Shown: positions 40,078 through 49,747, counted from the first letter of the stretch. The stretch: 49,845 nt of DNA from Candidatus Omnitrophota bacterium (GCA_041649115.1 JBAZNT010000011.1:1-49845), one strand, 5' to 3'. The notes: generated by a model from the sequence alone, not told the origin. Program-made: numbers and translations.

Positions 40078-41906
40078 CGGATATATTGCTGTTACTGCCT
40101 TTGATAATACCCTTTGCGGCAGCGCCGCTGGTTATGCTCCTGCCGCGCTCTATACGGATGGCGAGGGAGGGGGTGGTTTTGGCCGTCTCGCTGCTTAATC
40201 TGCTGCTGGCCGCAGCATTTTTTAAAACCGAAGCCAGTATTTCTTTGCCTTGGATGGGGTTCGGTTTTGATTTTGCCTTGAGATTCTACCATTTCGGGAA
40301 TTTTATCGTCTTGGCCTCTGCGGTATTCATCTTATTGACGGCTTTATATTGCAGTGTTTTTCTTCATGGTAAGAATTATGCCAGGCAGTTTTATTTTTAT
40401 TTCTTGTTATCGGTAGGTTTGACCAACGGCGCGGTGCTGGCGGATAACCTCCTCTTGGTGCTTTTCTTCTGGGAGGCGATGCTGTTGCCGCTTTTCGGCA
40501 TGATTGCCATCGCAAGCAGGCAGGCATACAAGACCGCAACCAAGGCCTTTGTTATCGTAGGCGCAACCGACATTTGTTTTATGGCAGGGGTTATCCTGAG
40601 CGGTTCCCTGGCAGCCACCTTTACCATTTCCAAGATTAACCTGCCGTCCTCGGGCTTAGGCGCGCTGGCATTTTTGTTTTTAATGGTCGGCATCATATCC
40701 AAGGCAGGCGCCATGCCTTTTCATAGCTGGATACCGGACGCCGCCGTAGATGCCCCCTTGCCTTTTATGGCTTTCTTCCCGTCCTCCCTGGAGAAACTTT
40801 TGGGGATTTATCTTCTCGCCCGCATTTCGCTGGATATGTTCAAGATTAACGGCGACTCCTGGGTAAGCCTCCTGCTTATGGCCGTAGGGGCGCTTACTAT
40901 TCTGCTGGCAGTGGCAATGGCGCTGATACAGACGGATTACAAGAGGCTGCTTTCATATCACGCCATCAGCCAGGTAGGTTATATGATTTTGGGTATCGGC
41001 ACCCTTGTGCCGGCCGGTATTATCGGCGGGCTATTCCATATGCTTAACCATACGGTATACAAGAGCTGCCTTTTTTTCTCGGCCGGTTCGATAGAGAGGC
41101 AGGCCGGCACTACATCCCTGGAGAAGCTCGGGGGGTTGGCGAGGAAGATGCCGGTTACCTTCGCATGTTTTCTGGTGGCGGCGCTCTCCATATCCGGAGT
41201 CCCGCCTTTTAACGGGTTCTTTTCCAAAGAGCTGGTTTACGAAGGGGCCCTGCAGAGAGGTTGGTTTTTTTACCTGGCGGCATTACTGGGTTCGTTTCTG
41301 ACTGCCGTATCATTCTTAAAGCTCGGGCATGCCGCCTTCCTCGGCAGGGCCCAGGAGCGGAATAAGGCAGTGACAGAATCGCCTTTGCCCATGCTGACCC
41401 CCATGCTCGTGCTGGCCGCGGTTTGTATAATCTTCGGGGTTTTTAACTTTATCCCGCTCTCTTATTTCATTCATCCTGTTATCGGATTTCTCGGCCGCCA
41501 AACGCATAGCTTATCCTCCGGAATGCTTCTGGGCGGATTTACCGTGGCGGTATTGGCATTAGCCTTTCTCAGCCACGCCCTGGGGGTTAAGTCCGGCGGA
41601 AGCGCCTTAAAGGCCGCTGACCACATCCACTACGCCCCGCTTCTAAAAGGCATATACGATAAGGCAGAGAACGGGTATTTTGACCCTTACAACATCGGAT
41701 GGGCAGGGGCAAGGTTTTTATCTCTCATAAGCTGGCGCCTGGACCGCGCCGTGGATTGGTTTTATGATTCTTTTTGCGTCAGGACAGCATCCGGGATAAG
41801 CGCTATCATCAGGAGGGTGCACAGCGGTAATTATTCTGTTTATATCGGATGGTCGCTTGCGGCAAGCGCTGCGGTAATAACATTTTTGCTGAAAATCCAT
41901 GGATAG
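40074..41906 (+). CDS. Antiporter-like membrane subunit 2 (NuoL/HyfB-like, extended C-terminus)
   Basis: FFWE, KAGAMPFHSWIPDA, KRLLSYHAISQVGY, H.LNH..YK and GVPPFNGFFSK. Confidence 0.9.
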   Translation: MTDILLLLPLIIPFAAAPLVMLLPRSIRMAREGVVLAVSLLNLLLAAAFFKTEASISLPWMGFGFDFALRFYHFGNFIVLASAVFILLTALYCSVFLHGKNYARQFYFYFLLSVGLTNGAVLADNLLLVLFFWEAMLLPLFGMIAIASRQAYKTATKAFVIVGATDICFMAGVILSGSLAATFTISKINLPSSGLGALAFLFLMVGIISKAGAMPFHSWIPDAAVDAPLPFMAFFPSSLEKLLGIYLLARISLDMFKINGDSWVSLLLMAVGALTILLAVAMALIQTDYKRLLSYHAISQVGYMILGIGTLVPAGIIGGLFHMLNHTVYKSCLFFSAGSIERQAGTTSLEKLGGLARKMPVTFACFLVAALSISGVPPFNGFFSKELVYEGALQRGWFFYLAALLGSFLTAVSFLKLGHAAFLGRAQERNKAVTESPLPMLTPMLVLAAVCIIFGVFNFIPLSYFIHPVIGFLGRQTHSLSSGMLLGGFTVAVLALAFLSHALGVKSGGSALKAADHIHYAPLLKGIYDKAENGYFDPYNIGWAGARFLSLISWRLDRAVDWFYDSFCVRTASGISAIIRRVHSGNYSVYIGWSLAASAAVITFLLKIHG

Positions 41907-41930
41907 CAACCGAACAAAAAAGGGCATAAG

Positions 41931-43364
41931 ATGCCGTCGTTATTAATCCTGGTTCCGTTGGTCGGAATACTGGTTTTGAATTTCCTTTTCAAGCTTGTGG
42001 TCAGGAGGGCCGCATTCTGGTTTGTGCTGGTCCTTTTTGCGACCCAGGCCGTAATTACTTTTTTGCATGCTCCGTTTTTCTATGCCGGTAGTGCTGATCG
42101 GCTCAACCCTTTCTTCAAAGTAGTTTTTAACGTAGACGGCATAAGCTTTGTAGCGCTCCTGTGTATTGAGATAGTATGCCTGGCAAGCCTGGTGGTGGCC
42201 AGATACACCCTTCATGACCTTAACCAGCGTTTTAATTTCACAAACCTCCTTTTGATTTCTTCCATAGGCATGAACGGCATGGTCCTGACGAGCGATATCT
42301 TCTCGCTCTACGTGTTCCTGGAGGTAGCGGCAGTATCTTCTTTTATCATGATAGCCTTCCGCCGGGGCAAGAGATCCCTGGAGGGGGCATTTAAATACAT
42401 CATCCTTTCGGCTGTGGCAACGGTATTGATGCTGGCCGCCATTGCCCTTTTCCTGTTGGCCTGTAGCGACACCTCGTTTGCGGCAATACGCCACGGGATG
42501 GGGCAGTCGCCACACAGTAATATTATTTTGTTCGCTGTCGGGATGTTTGTCTCGGGGCTTTTTATTAAGGCGGGCCTGGTGCCCTTCCACGCCTGGCTGC
42601 CCGATGCCTATTCCGCGGCGCCCGATGCCGTATCGGTGCTGCTTGCCGGTATTGTCACCAAGGCCTGCGGGATCTATGCCTTGATAAGGCTGGTGGTTTC
42701 GGTGTTTGGTTTTAGTCCCGGCTTGAACCAGGTTATTTTACTTTTAGGCGCGGTATCGGTACTGGCAGGCGCCTTGGCTGCGCTGGGGCAGAATGATTTT
42801 AAGAGGATGCTTTCCTATTCCAGCATCAGCCAGATAGGCTATATTGCACTCGGCCTGGGAAGCGGCACGGCTTTAGGGGTAGCAGGGGCGGTATTTCATT
42901 TTTTTAACCACGCGATTTTTAAATCTTTGCTTTTCGTTAATTCCGCCGCGGTGGCAGAGGAGGCGCATACCACTGATATGGATAAGATGGGAGGGTTGTC
43001 TTCCCGCATGCCGGTAACGGGTTCAACCTCCGTGATAGGATTTCTTTCTGCGGCAGGCATCCCGCCGCTGGCAGGTTTCTGGAGCAAGCTGGTAATCATT
43101 ATCGCCCTCTGGAAGGCGGGAGATATCGCCTATGCGGTGATTGCGGTGCTGGCAAGCATCCTGACGTTGAGTTATTTATTGTCAATGCAGAGAAGGGTTT
43201 TCTTCGGGAGGCTAAGACAGGGTTTGGAAGATGCGAAAGAGGTTGGCGCGGGGTTTGCCTTAATTTCCGTTTTCTTGGCATTGATTATCATCGCCTGCGG
43301 GTTGTTATTCCCGCTGGTATTCAATGCCATATACGCCTCGGTAAAACAAATTCTAATACAATGA
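41931..43364 (+). CDS. Antiporter-like membrane subunit 3 (MrpD/MbhH-like)
   Basis: DIFSLYVFLE, KAGLVPFHAWLPDAY..AP, KRMLSYSSISQ.GY and GIPPLAGFWSK. Confidence 0.9.
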   Translation: MPSLLILVPLVGILVLNFLFKLVVRRAAFWFVLVLFATQAVITFLHAPFFYAGSADRLNPFFKVVFNVDGISFVALLCIEIVCLASLVVARYTLHDLNQRFNFTNLLLISSIGMNGMVLTSDIFSLYVFLEVAAVSSFIMIAFRRGKRSLEGAFKYIILSAVATVLMLAAIALFLLACSDTSFAAIRHGMGQSPHSNIILFAVGMFVSGLFIKAGLVPFHAWLPDAYSAAPDAVSVLLAGIVTKACGIYALIRLVVSVFGFSPGLNQVILLLGAVSVLAGALAALGQNDFKRMLSYSSISQIGYIALGLGSGTALGVAGAVFHFFNHAIFKSLLFVNSAAVAEEAHTTDMDKMGGLSSRMPVTGSTSVIGFLSAAGIPPLAGFWSKLVIIIALWKAGDIAYAVIAVLASILTLSYLLSMQRRVFFGRLRQGLEDAKEVGAGFALISVFLALIIIACGLLFPLVFNAIYASVKQILIQ

Positions 43365-43864
43365 CGAACCTGAACCTTATGCTGTTGGTATTGATGGTAG
43401 CGGCGGCAGTCTGGGCGGTAATGGCCAGGAGCCTTCTTAAGGCCGCAATCGGCCTGGCGATAGCCAGTATTATAATTACTATTTTTATGTTTGAATTCAA
43501 CTCGCCCCTGGCAGCGGTCTTTGAGCTTTCGGTCTGTAGCGGTCTCATTACGGTAATCTTCCTGAGCACCATCGGGCTTACCAGGCCATTGAGCCATAAG
43601 GAGCTGTTGGCGTTATCCAGGGACCGCGGAAGGCGCTACGGTTTTATGCCGTTATTGGTTATTGCCTGCGGCGCAATACTGGCATTTGTTTTCCTCAAGA
43701 TGCCGCTGGATCTGGAGGTGGCTAAAAATACCATTAGCGTAGGCGCGCGGGAGGTCCTTTGGAATTTCAGGCACCTGGATCTATTCGGACAGATTATGAT
43801 ATTGCTGGCAGGAGGATTCGGAGCAGTATTGCTATTCAGGGAGACCAACACAGATGAGTGGTAG
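43361..43864 (+). CDS. NuoJ/MrpA-C-terminal-like small membrane subunit
   Basis: A.A.FELSV..GL.TV and R..DLFGQ...L.G motifs; operon position. Confidence 0.7.
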   Translation: MTNLNLMLLVLMVAAAVWAVMARSLLKAAIGLAIASIIITIFMFEFNSPLAAVFELSVCSGLITVIFLSTIGLTRPLSHKELLALSRDRGRRYGFMPLLVIACGAILAFVFLKMPLDLEVAKNTISVGAREVLWNFRHLDLFGQIMILLAGGFGAVLLFRETNTDEW

Positions 43865-44174
43865 TATCGCGGAATTCTTCTGGGTTTTTACGGTTTTCAT
43901 CGCGATGCTCGCGTTTGCTGGATTCTACTGCATACTGGTAACCCGCAACCTTATCCGGGCGTTGATCGGCCTGGAGATCCTTAATAAGGCCGTAACCCTG
44001 CTTTTTATCGTAGTGGGCTATATTACCGGCCGCCAGGCATTGGTGCAGGCGCTGGTGATAACGACGATTGTTATAGAGGTGGTAATCATTGTAGTGGCGG
44101 GAGGGGTTATTATGAGCGTATACCGCAACGATGAATCGCTGGACGCAAGGAACCTCAGGAATCTGAAAGGTTAA
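43854..44174 (+). CDS. NuoK/MrpC-like membrane subunit
   Basis: G.Y......NLIRALIGLEI and QALVIT.IVI motifs; three TMs. Confidence 0.85.
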   Translation: MSGSIAEFFWVFTVFIAMLAFAGFYCILVTRNLIRALIGLEILNKAVTLLFIVVGYITGRQALVQALVITTIVIEVVIIVVAGGVIMSVYRNDESLDARNLRNLKG

Positions 44175-44177
44175 AAC

Positions 44178-44528
44178 ATGCCGCATCCGTTATTTTATCC
44201 TCCGGTAGCCTTTGTCATCATTATGGCTTTTATAATGTGTATCTCGGCCTTGCTTTCACGCCTGGCATTCAGGCCGGGGAAACAGCCGCAGGAGGGTTCC
44301 TCCAAGGCCTATGCCTGCGGCGAGGATATCCCGGAGCACCGGGTGCAGATTGACTACGGCCAGTTTTTCAGCTTTGCTTTTTTCTTTACCATCCTGCATG
44401 TGCTTACGCTTGTTATCGCAACGGTGCCTATCGAGACCACGGATTCGTTTTTTATTTCAGTAATCTATATTGCCGGGGCAATCACCGGATTGTTTGTTCT
44501 CTTCAGGAAGGACAGACTATGGGGTTAA
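44178..44528 (+). CDS. NuoA-like membrane subunit
   Basis: K.YACGE in the first loop and three TMs. Confidence 0.8.
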   Translation: MPHPLFYPPVAFVIIMAFIMCISALLSRLAFRPGKQPQEGSSKAYACGEDIPEHRVQIDYGQFFSFAFFFTILHVLTLVIATVPIETTDSFFISVIYIAGAITGLFVLFRKDRLWG

Positions 44529-44962
44529 TCAAGGGTATAGTGGATAAGGCGAGGCTTAAATCTCCCTGGATACTGCATTTTAATACCGGGGCCTGCAACG
44601 CCTGCGATATAGAGATTATCGCTGCCTTAACCCCCAGGTATGATCTGGAGCGTTTCGGAATCTTGCTAAAAGGGACCCCGCGGCATGCCGATATACTGGT
44701 GTGTTCAGGCCCGGTTACCCGTCAGACTGCCGATAGGCTAGCCCGCATCTACTCCCAGATGCCTGAGCCTAAGTTGGTGGTGGCGGTAGGCTCATGCGCC
44801 TGTTCCGGAGGGGTCTTTGAAGGGTGCTATAACGTAGAAGAGGGGATTAATTCGGTAATACCGGTGGCAGCTTATATCCCCGGTTGCCCTGCCAGCCCAA
44901 AGGCTATTATAGACGGGGTAGTAAAGCTCTTGGCGAGCCTTGAGGAGAAGGATAAAATATGA
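44519..44962 (+). CDS. [NiFe]-hydrogenase small subunit (NuoB-like)
   Basis: CNACDIE, RYDLERFG, PRHAD, GSCA and YIPGCP motifs. Confidence 0.92.
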   Translation: MGLIKGIVDKARLKSPWILHFNTGACNACDIEIIAALTPRYDLERFGILLKGTPRHADILVCSGPVTRQTADRLARIYSQMPEPKLVVAVGSCACSGGVFEGCYNVEEGINSVIPVAAYIPGCPASPKAIIDGVVKLLASLEEKDKI

Positions 44963-45438
44963 GCGAGGAAGAAAGAATACGGGAAGGGTTGTTAAAGCGT
45001 TTTTCTTCTCTGGAGGGCAAGATTCGCCTGCAGAGGGCAAAGAGGTTATTTGCGGACGTGCCCTGCGATGATTTTACGGCAGCGCTGGAATATGCCTCAA
45101 GGGAATTAAGATTCCAGATGCTTCTTACCATTACCGGACTTGATGAAGGAGAGAACCTGGGTTTTATCTATCATCTTGCGCGTGAAGACGGTATTACGTT
45201 GAATCTAAAGATAAGCGTTAAGAAGGACGGTCCCGGCATCAGGACGGTAACGCCGTATTTCCCCGGCGCAGAGATTTACGAAAGGGAATTGGTTGATTTG
45301 CTCGGCGCCCGGATTGAGGGCTTAAAGGAGGGCAGGCGTTATCCGCTGCCGGATGACTGGCCCGAAGGCCAATACCCCCTGCGCAAAGACTGGAACACAA
45401 AGGCCCTTAAGGATAAGGAGGCCAATAAAAATGCATGA
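44959..45438 (+). CDS. NuoC-like hydrogenase subunit
   Basis: ITGLD, YERE..DL.G....G and PLRKD motifs. Confidence 0.88.
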   Translation: MSEEERIREGLLKRFSSLEGKIRLQRAKRLFADVPCDDFTAALEYASRELRFQMLLTITGLDEGENLGFIYHLAREDGITLNLKISVKKDGPGIRTVTPYFPGAEIYERELVDLLGARIEGLKEGRRYPLPDDWPEGQYPLRKDWNTKALKDKEANKNA

Positions 45439-46642
45439 TATCAGGATTCCCGTCGGTCCGCAGCACCCTGCCTTAAAAGAACCGGAGAGTTTCAGGCTGG
45501 CTTTAAGCGGGGAGAAAATCATGGAGGCGAGCGTCCGTCTCGGTTATAACCACCGCGGAATTGAAAAGGCCTGCGAGGAACGTACCTATATCCAGGACCT
45601 CTATCTTATCGAGCGTATCTGCGGCATATGCTCTCATGCCCATTCCACCTGTTTTCTGCAGGCAGTGGAGGAGATTGCGGGGCTGGAGATACCCCGCAGG
45701 GCAGCGTATATACGCACTGTTATCGCAGAGTTAGAGAGGATCCACAGCCATCTTTTGTGGCTGGGGGTTGCGGGGCACGAGGTAGGATTTGATACGCTTC
45801 TGATGTATAGCTGGAAGGACCGCGAGATTGTGCTGGACCTTCTGGCGCAGATGACAGGAAACCGCGTGAATTACGGAATAAATACTATCGGAGGGGTAAG
45901 GCGCGACATCACTGCCGCGCTTGCCAAGGAGGTTATCAAAGGTATCGATACCCTGGAGAAAAGGACCGGGTATTATATTGAGGTAGCCAGGCAAGAGCCT
46001 ACCTTGATTAACCGGCTTTCAGGGGTAGGCGTTCTATCCCGCCAGGATGTCCTGAGCCTCGGGGCAGTCGGACCGACAGCCAGGGCTTCGGGTGTGGTGC
46101 GGGATGTCAGAAAAGATGACCCCTATGCTGCCTACGGAGAGCTGGATTTCGACGTCATTACGGATAAGCACAACGATGTCTACGGACGCACCCTGGTGCG
46201 CCTGAAAGAGCTGCTTGAGTCTTACAAGATTATCCGTCAGGCTTTGGATGATATGCCGCAGGGGCAGTTGGCGGTAAAGGCCCCGCGTAAGATCCCCGCC
46301 GGAGAGGCACTTAGCCGCTATGAAGCGCCTCGCGGAGAGGATGTCCATTACGTGAAGTCTAACGGCACGGATAAGCCCGAGAGGGTCAAGGTCAGGGCGC
46401 CGACCCTTGCCAACATCCAGACCGTAGCGTTGATGCTGGAGGATAGGTATCTGGCCGATATGCCGATTGTGGTTGCGGCCATTGACCCCTGCTTTTCCTG
46501 CACCGACAGATTGATTTCCCTGAAACAGGAGCATCGGAGGCGCAGGGTTACGAGATGGGAAGAACTTCGTGTTTACGGAATAGAATGGTATCGCAGGAGA
46601 GGGGTGGATTTTTCGCGGCTCAACGGTAATTTTAAACTCTAA
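45431..46642 (+). CDS. Group 4 [NiFe]-hydrogenase large subunit with C-terminal extension
   Basis: Start ATG 45431 (MHDIRIPVGPQHP), overlapping the upstream stop. L1 motif ERICGICSHAH, L2 motif DPCFSCTDR, then a 43-aa tail. Confidence 0.95.
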   Translation: MHDIRIPVGPQHPALKEPESFRLALSGEKIMEASVRLGYNHRGIEKACEERTYIQDLYLIERICGICSHAHSTCFLQAVEEIAGLEIPRRAAYIRTVIAELERIHSHLLWLGVAGHEVGFDTLLMYSWKDREIVLDLLAQMTGNRVNYGINTIGGVRRDITAALAKEVIKGIDTLEKRTGYYIEVARQEPTLINRLSGVGVLSRQDVLSLGAVGPTARASGVVRDVRKDDPYAAYGELDFDVITDKHNDVYGRTLVRLKELLESYKIIRQALDDMPQGQLAVKAPRKIPAGEALSRYEAPRGEDVHYVKSNGTDKPERVKVRAPTLANIQTVALMLEDRYLADMPIVVAAIDPCFSCTDRLISLKQEHRRRRVTRWEELRVYGIEWYRRRGVDFSRLNGNFKL

Positions 46643-46650
46643 GGCGAGAA

Positions 46651-47592
46651 ATGTTGAAGGCTTTGTTTAGTATTTTGGTATTCCCGGGGGTTATGTTTTT
46701 AGCGGTCTTCGGTTTTATCGCCGAATTCTACGACAGGAAGCTCTATGCCCGCCTGCAGAACCGCGTAGGGCCCCCGTGGTTTCAGCCGTGGGCGGATTTT
46801 ATTAAGCTCGTTGGGAAGGAGAGCCTTATCCCTGAGGAGGCCAATCCCGGGGTATTTAAATTTATGCCGGTTCTGGCTCTTACTTCTGTCGCAAGCGCCT
46901 TCCTGTATATCCCGCTCTGGAGGCAAGAGGCGCTGTTTTCCTTTAACGGAGACATAATAGTCGTGGTTTACCTCCTGACTATTCCTACGCTCACCCTTTT
47001 TCTCGGCGGCTGGTATTCGCGCTCCATATATTCTACCCTGGGCGCGATGCGTTCCCTGACACAGTTATTTGCCTACGAAATACCCCTATTGGCCAGCATC
47101 CTGGCTGCGGCGCTTCTGGCAAATACCTGGTCGTTAGGCGAGATCACGGTGTTTTACAGCCGCCACCCCTGGCTATGGTTGATTAACCTGCCCGGATTTA
47201 TCATTGCGATAATTACCCTTTTGGGAAAACTCCAGAAGGTGCCTTTTGATATCCCGGAGGCCGAAACCGAGATTGTTGCCGGCACCCTCACTGAATACAG
47301 CGGAAAGTTCCTGGGGTTGTTCCGGCTGATGACGGACGCGGAGATGGTGGTTTGCGCTGCGTTACTCTCGGCGGTATTCCTGCCTTTCGGATTAAACCTG
47401 ACAGCGCCCGCGGGGTTTGTCCTTTTTTTGCTTAAGATATTTGCAATCATAAGCGTGCTGTCGCTGTTGCGCACCGTATTCGCCCGCATGAGGCTTGACC
47501 AGATGATTAATTTCTGCTGGAAATTCCTGGCCCCCTGCGCCATGGCGCAGGTCCTCGTGGACCTGATAGTCAAGGGGGTGATAGCCAGATGA
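46651..47592 (+). CDS. NuoH-like membrane subunit
   Basis: RK..ARLQNRVGPP.FQP.AD..KL and PFDIPEAETEIVAG..TEYSG motifs. Confidence 0.92.
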   Translation: MLKALFSILVFPGVMFLAVFGFIAEFYDRKLYARLQNRVGPPWFQPWADFIKLVGKESLIPEEANPGVFKFMPVLALTSVASAFLYIPLWRQEALFSFNGDIIVVVYLLTIPTLTLFLGGWYSRSIYSTLGAMRSLTQLFAYEIPLLASILAAALLANTWSLGEITVFYSRHPWLWLINLPGFIIAIITLLGKLQKVPFDIPEAETEIVAGTLTEYSGKFLGLFRLMTDAEMVVCAALLSAVFLPFGLNLTAPAGFVLFLLKIFAIISVLSLLRTVFARMRLDQMINFCWKFLAPCAMAQVLVDLIVKGVIAR

Positions 47593-47978
47593 ATTTCGCA
47601 AGGCCCGGCAAGATGATCAGGCAGGTTTTGAGTTCCGTTATGAAAAAACCCGCTACTACCCGCTACCCGTTCGTGAAATCCAGGACACCCGAAGGCGTAA
47701 GAGGAGAGATTGTGTTTCATCCCGGCAGATGCATCGGCTGCCGCATGTGCATGAGGGATTGCCCTGCAGGAGCGATAACCATCAGGGATACCGGAAACAA
47801 AAAATTCGAAGCAGAGATAGATTTGGGAAAATGCCTTTTCTGCGGCCAGTGCGTGGATTCCTGCATCAAAAAGGCCCTTGAGGTAACCGGGGGGTTTGAG
47901 CTGGCCCAGCTCGATAAGGCAAAATTAAAGGTTATTTTTAATGCCGAGCCTCAAGAAAGACCTTCTCAGGAGACTTGA
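47589..47978 (+). CDS. NuoI-like 2[4Fe-4S] subunit
   Basis: CIGCRMCMRDCP and CLFCGQCVDSC motifs. Confidence 0.92.
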   Translation: MNFARPGKMIRQVLSSVMKKPATTRYPFVKSRTPEGVRGEIVFHPGRCIGCRMCMRDCPAGAITIRDTGNKKFEAEIDLGKCLFCGQCVDSCIKKALEVTGGFELAQLDKAKLKVIFNAEPQERPSQET

Positions 47979-48444
47979 AGGCGCCCGAAGGATTGCCGTT
48001 GTCGGCGTAGGCTCAGAGCTGAGGTCAGACGACGCAGCAGGCGCATTCGCGGCTGAGAAGATTAAATCTGGCTGCCGCAGGCAGAAGAGCCGGATGGTAA
48101 GACTGAGGGTCTTCTTCGGATTTACCGCTCCCGAGAACCTTACGGGCGAAATAAAGAAATTCCTCCCTTCGCATATTATCATTATAGACGCGGCAGAATT
48201 GGGCAAGAGGCCCGGTTCAGTCGGGATACTTAATGATAGTGAAATCGCGGGACTAACGTTTTCTACTCACCGTATGCCGCTCGTTGTCCTGGCGGATTAT
48301 CTGAAGAGGTCTTTTGACTGTCAGGTAATCATTATCGGGATCCAACCTAAATCCGTTTCCTTCGGAGGCGGCCTCTCAGCGCCGGTCAGAAAATCCATTT
48401 CAGGACTTGCAGCCTTGATCTGCGAGACTATAAAAAAGGTTTAA
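47941..48444 (+). CDS. hycI: Hydrogenase maturation endopeptidase (HycI-like)
   Basis: GVGSELRSDDAAG, TAPEN, IIIDAA, STH.MP and IGIQP motifs. Confidence 0.9.
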   Translation: MPSLKKDLLRRLEGARRIAVVGVGSELRSDDAAGAFAAEKIKSGCRRQKSRMVRLRVFFGFTAPENLTGEIKKFLPSHIIIIDAAELGKRPGSVGILNDSEIAGLTFSTHRMPLVVLADYLKRSFDCQVIIIGIQPKSVSFGGGLSAPVRKSISGLAALICETIKKV

Positions 48445-48508
48445 AATTTATGCTACCGGTGTTAAAATAGAGGCGGTTATAGAGAGGACGAGAAAAAGGA
48501 GGTGGCAG

Positions 48509-48787
48509 ATGTCGAAATACCTGATGCTCGGGAAGTATTCGGCTGAGGCGGTTAAGGCGATCAAGGCAGACCGCACCAAAAAGGTAGCGGAGATTATTGA
48601 GAAGGAAGGCGGCAAGGTCGTCGGCATGTATGCCCTCATCGGCCCGTACGATTTAGCTTTTATCGTGGATATGCCGACCAGCGCTTCCGTGATGAAAGCG
48701 GCAATCGAAATTACTAAATTTACGGGGATAGGGTTTTTTAGCTCTCCGGCAATAAGCGTGGAAGAGTTCGACAAGATCGCCAGTTAA
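48509..48787 (+). CDS. GYD-domain protein
   Basis: AAGGAGG SD; GGKV...YAL.GPYD...IVD.P motif; 92 aa. Confidence 0.85.
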   Translation: MSKYLMLGKYSAEAVKAIKADRTKKVAEIIEKEGGKVVGMYALIGPYDLAFIVDMPTSASVMKAAIEITKFTGIGFFSSPAISVEEFDKIAS

Positions 48788-48794
48788 CCAAAGA

Positions 48795-48878
48795 AGAAAC
48801 AGTTTCCAACCTAAAGCAGAAACACTTTCCAAGCTGATCGGGAAAACGTTTCCAGATTGCGACGGAAAGCGTTTCTAG
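48795..48878. repeat. Four 15-bp quasi-palindromic repeats at an exact 23-bp period (invariant GAAA-N3-TTTC)
   Basis: AGAAACAGTTTCCAA (48795), AGAAACACTTTCCAA (48818), GGAAAACGTTTCCAG (48841) and GGAAAGCGTTTCTAG (48864), separated by unrelated 8-bp spacers. Confidence 0.9.
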
Positions 48879-48894
48879 AACAGAAGAGGTAGGA

Positions 48895-49644
48895 ATGGAA
48901 GGCGCCAGGGTCTTGAGGAATTCCCAGATTATTATCCTGGGGGTTTGCATCGCCGTAGCTACGATTGTATCCAGCGTTATATTGTCGCAGGGGTTCTTAA
49001 AGGTAATGAAGTTCAGCCGGGAGGCGATAACCGTTACCGGCTCTGCCAACAGGGATATCAGGAGCGACTATATTGTATGGAAGTGCTCCTTTTCCAGGAC
49101 GGAGGCGGAGCTGGAGACTGCCTATCGCAAATTAAACCGTGACCTTACCCGCGTAAAGCAATATCTCGCCTCCCAGGGGGTAGATGAAAAAGAGGAGGCC
49201 GTTTCGCAGGTATCCATAGCTACTATCTATAAAAAGAACGAGAGAGGAAGCGATACCAATGAGATAATGGGGTATCGTCTGAGCCAGGCGGTGGAAATAC
49301 GCTCAAGCGATGTTGATAAGATTACCGTGATTTCGCGGCAGTCCAGCGAGCTTATCAATGAAGGTATCGAGTTTGCATCGGGAGCGCCCGAGTATTTCTA
49401 TACCAAGCTCGATGACCTCAAGATAGAGATGCTTGCCAGCGCCAGCGAGAATGCCAAGCAGCGCGCTGAGAACATGGTCAAGGCCACCGGTAACAGGATC
49501 GGCCTGATGCGTTCGGCAAGGATGGGGGTATTTCAGATTACCCCCCGCAACTCCACCGAGGTTTCAGATTGGGGGATAAGCGATACCTCATCGCTGGAGA
49601 AGAAGGTTACGGCAGTGGTTAGCGCAAGCTTCGCCATAGAATAG
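48895..49644 (+). CDS. SIMPL (DUF541) domain protein
   Basis: N-terminal TM, ITVTGSA...I.SD, LK.EML..A..NA..RA and G.FQIT...K.V.AVV...F motifs. Confidence 0.88.
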   Translation: MEGARVLRNSQIIILGVCIAVATIVSSVILSQGFLKVMKFSREAITVTGSANRDIRSDYIVWKCSFSRTEAELETAYRKLNRDLTRVKQYLASQGVDEKEEAVSQVSIATIYKKNERGSDTNEIMGYRLSQAVEIRSSDVDKITVISRQSSELINEGIEFASGAPEYFYTKLDDLKIEMLASASENAKQRAENMVKATGNRIGLMRSARMGVFQITPRNSTEVSDWGISDTSSLEKKVTAVVSASFAIE

Positions 49645-49683
49645 AAAGACCTAATCGGCAGAAACTATAAGCAAAGATTTTGC

Positions 49684-49712
49684 TTGACAAATTATAAAAA
49701 TTAGATTATAAT
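49684..49712 (+). promoter_or_regulatory. Consensus sigma70 promoter
   Basis: TTGACA-17 nt-TATAAT, a perfect match. Confidence 0.85.
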
Positions 49713-49747
49713 CTCTTCTGTAGTAAATAAGAGATTAGAATACTTGG

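Noticed and set aside
3405-45430. Upstream start codons in the ORF track (3405, 6407, 23107, 24317, 37080, 45353)
   Set aside because: Downstream ATGs have properly spaced SD sequences or coupled overlaps and give family-typical N-termini.
38656-47978. Annotation as NADH dehydrogenase (nuo) or a stand-alone Mrp antiporter
   Set aside because: The large subunit has both Ni-binding CxxC motifs and a tail, HycI is adjacent, and NuoEFG are absent.
48795-48878. The 23-bp-period array as a mini-CRISPR
   Set aside because: Repeats of 15 bp and spacers of 8 bp are far too short, and there are no cas genes.
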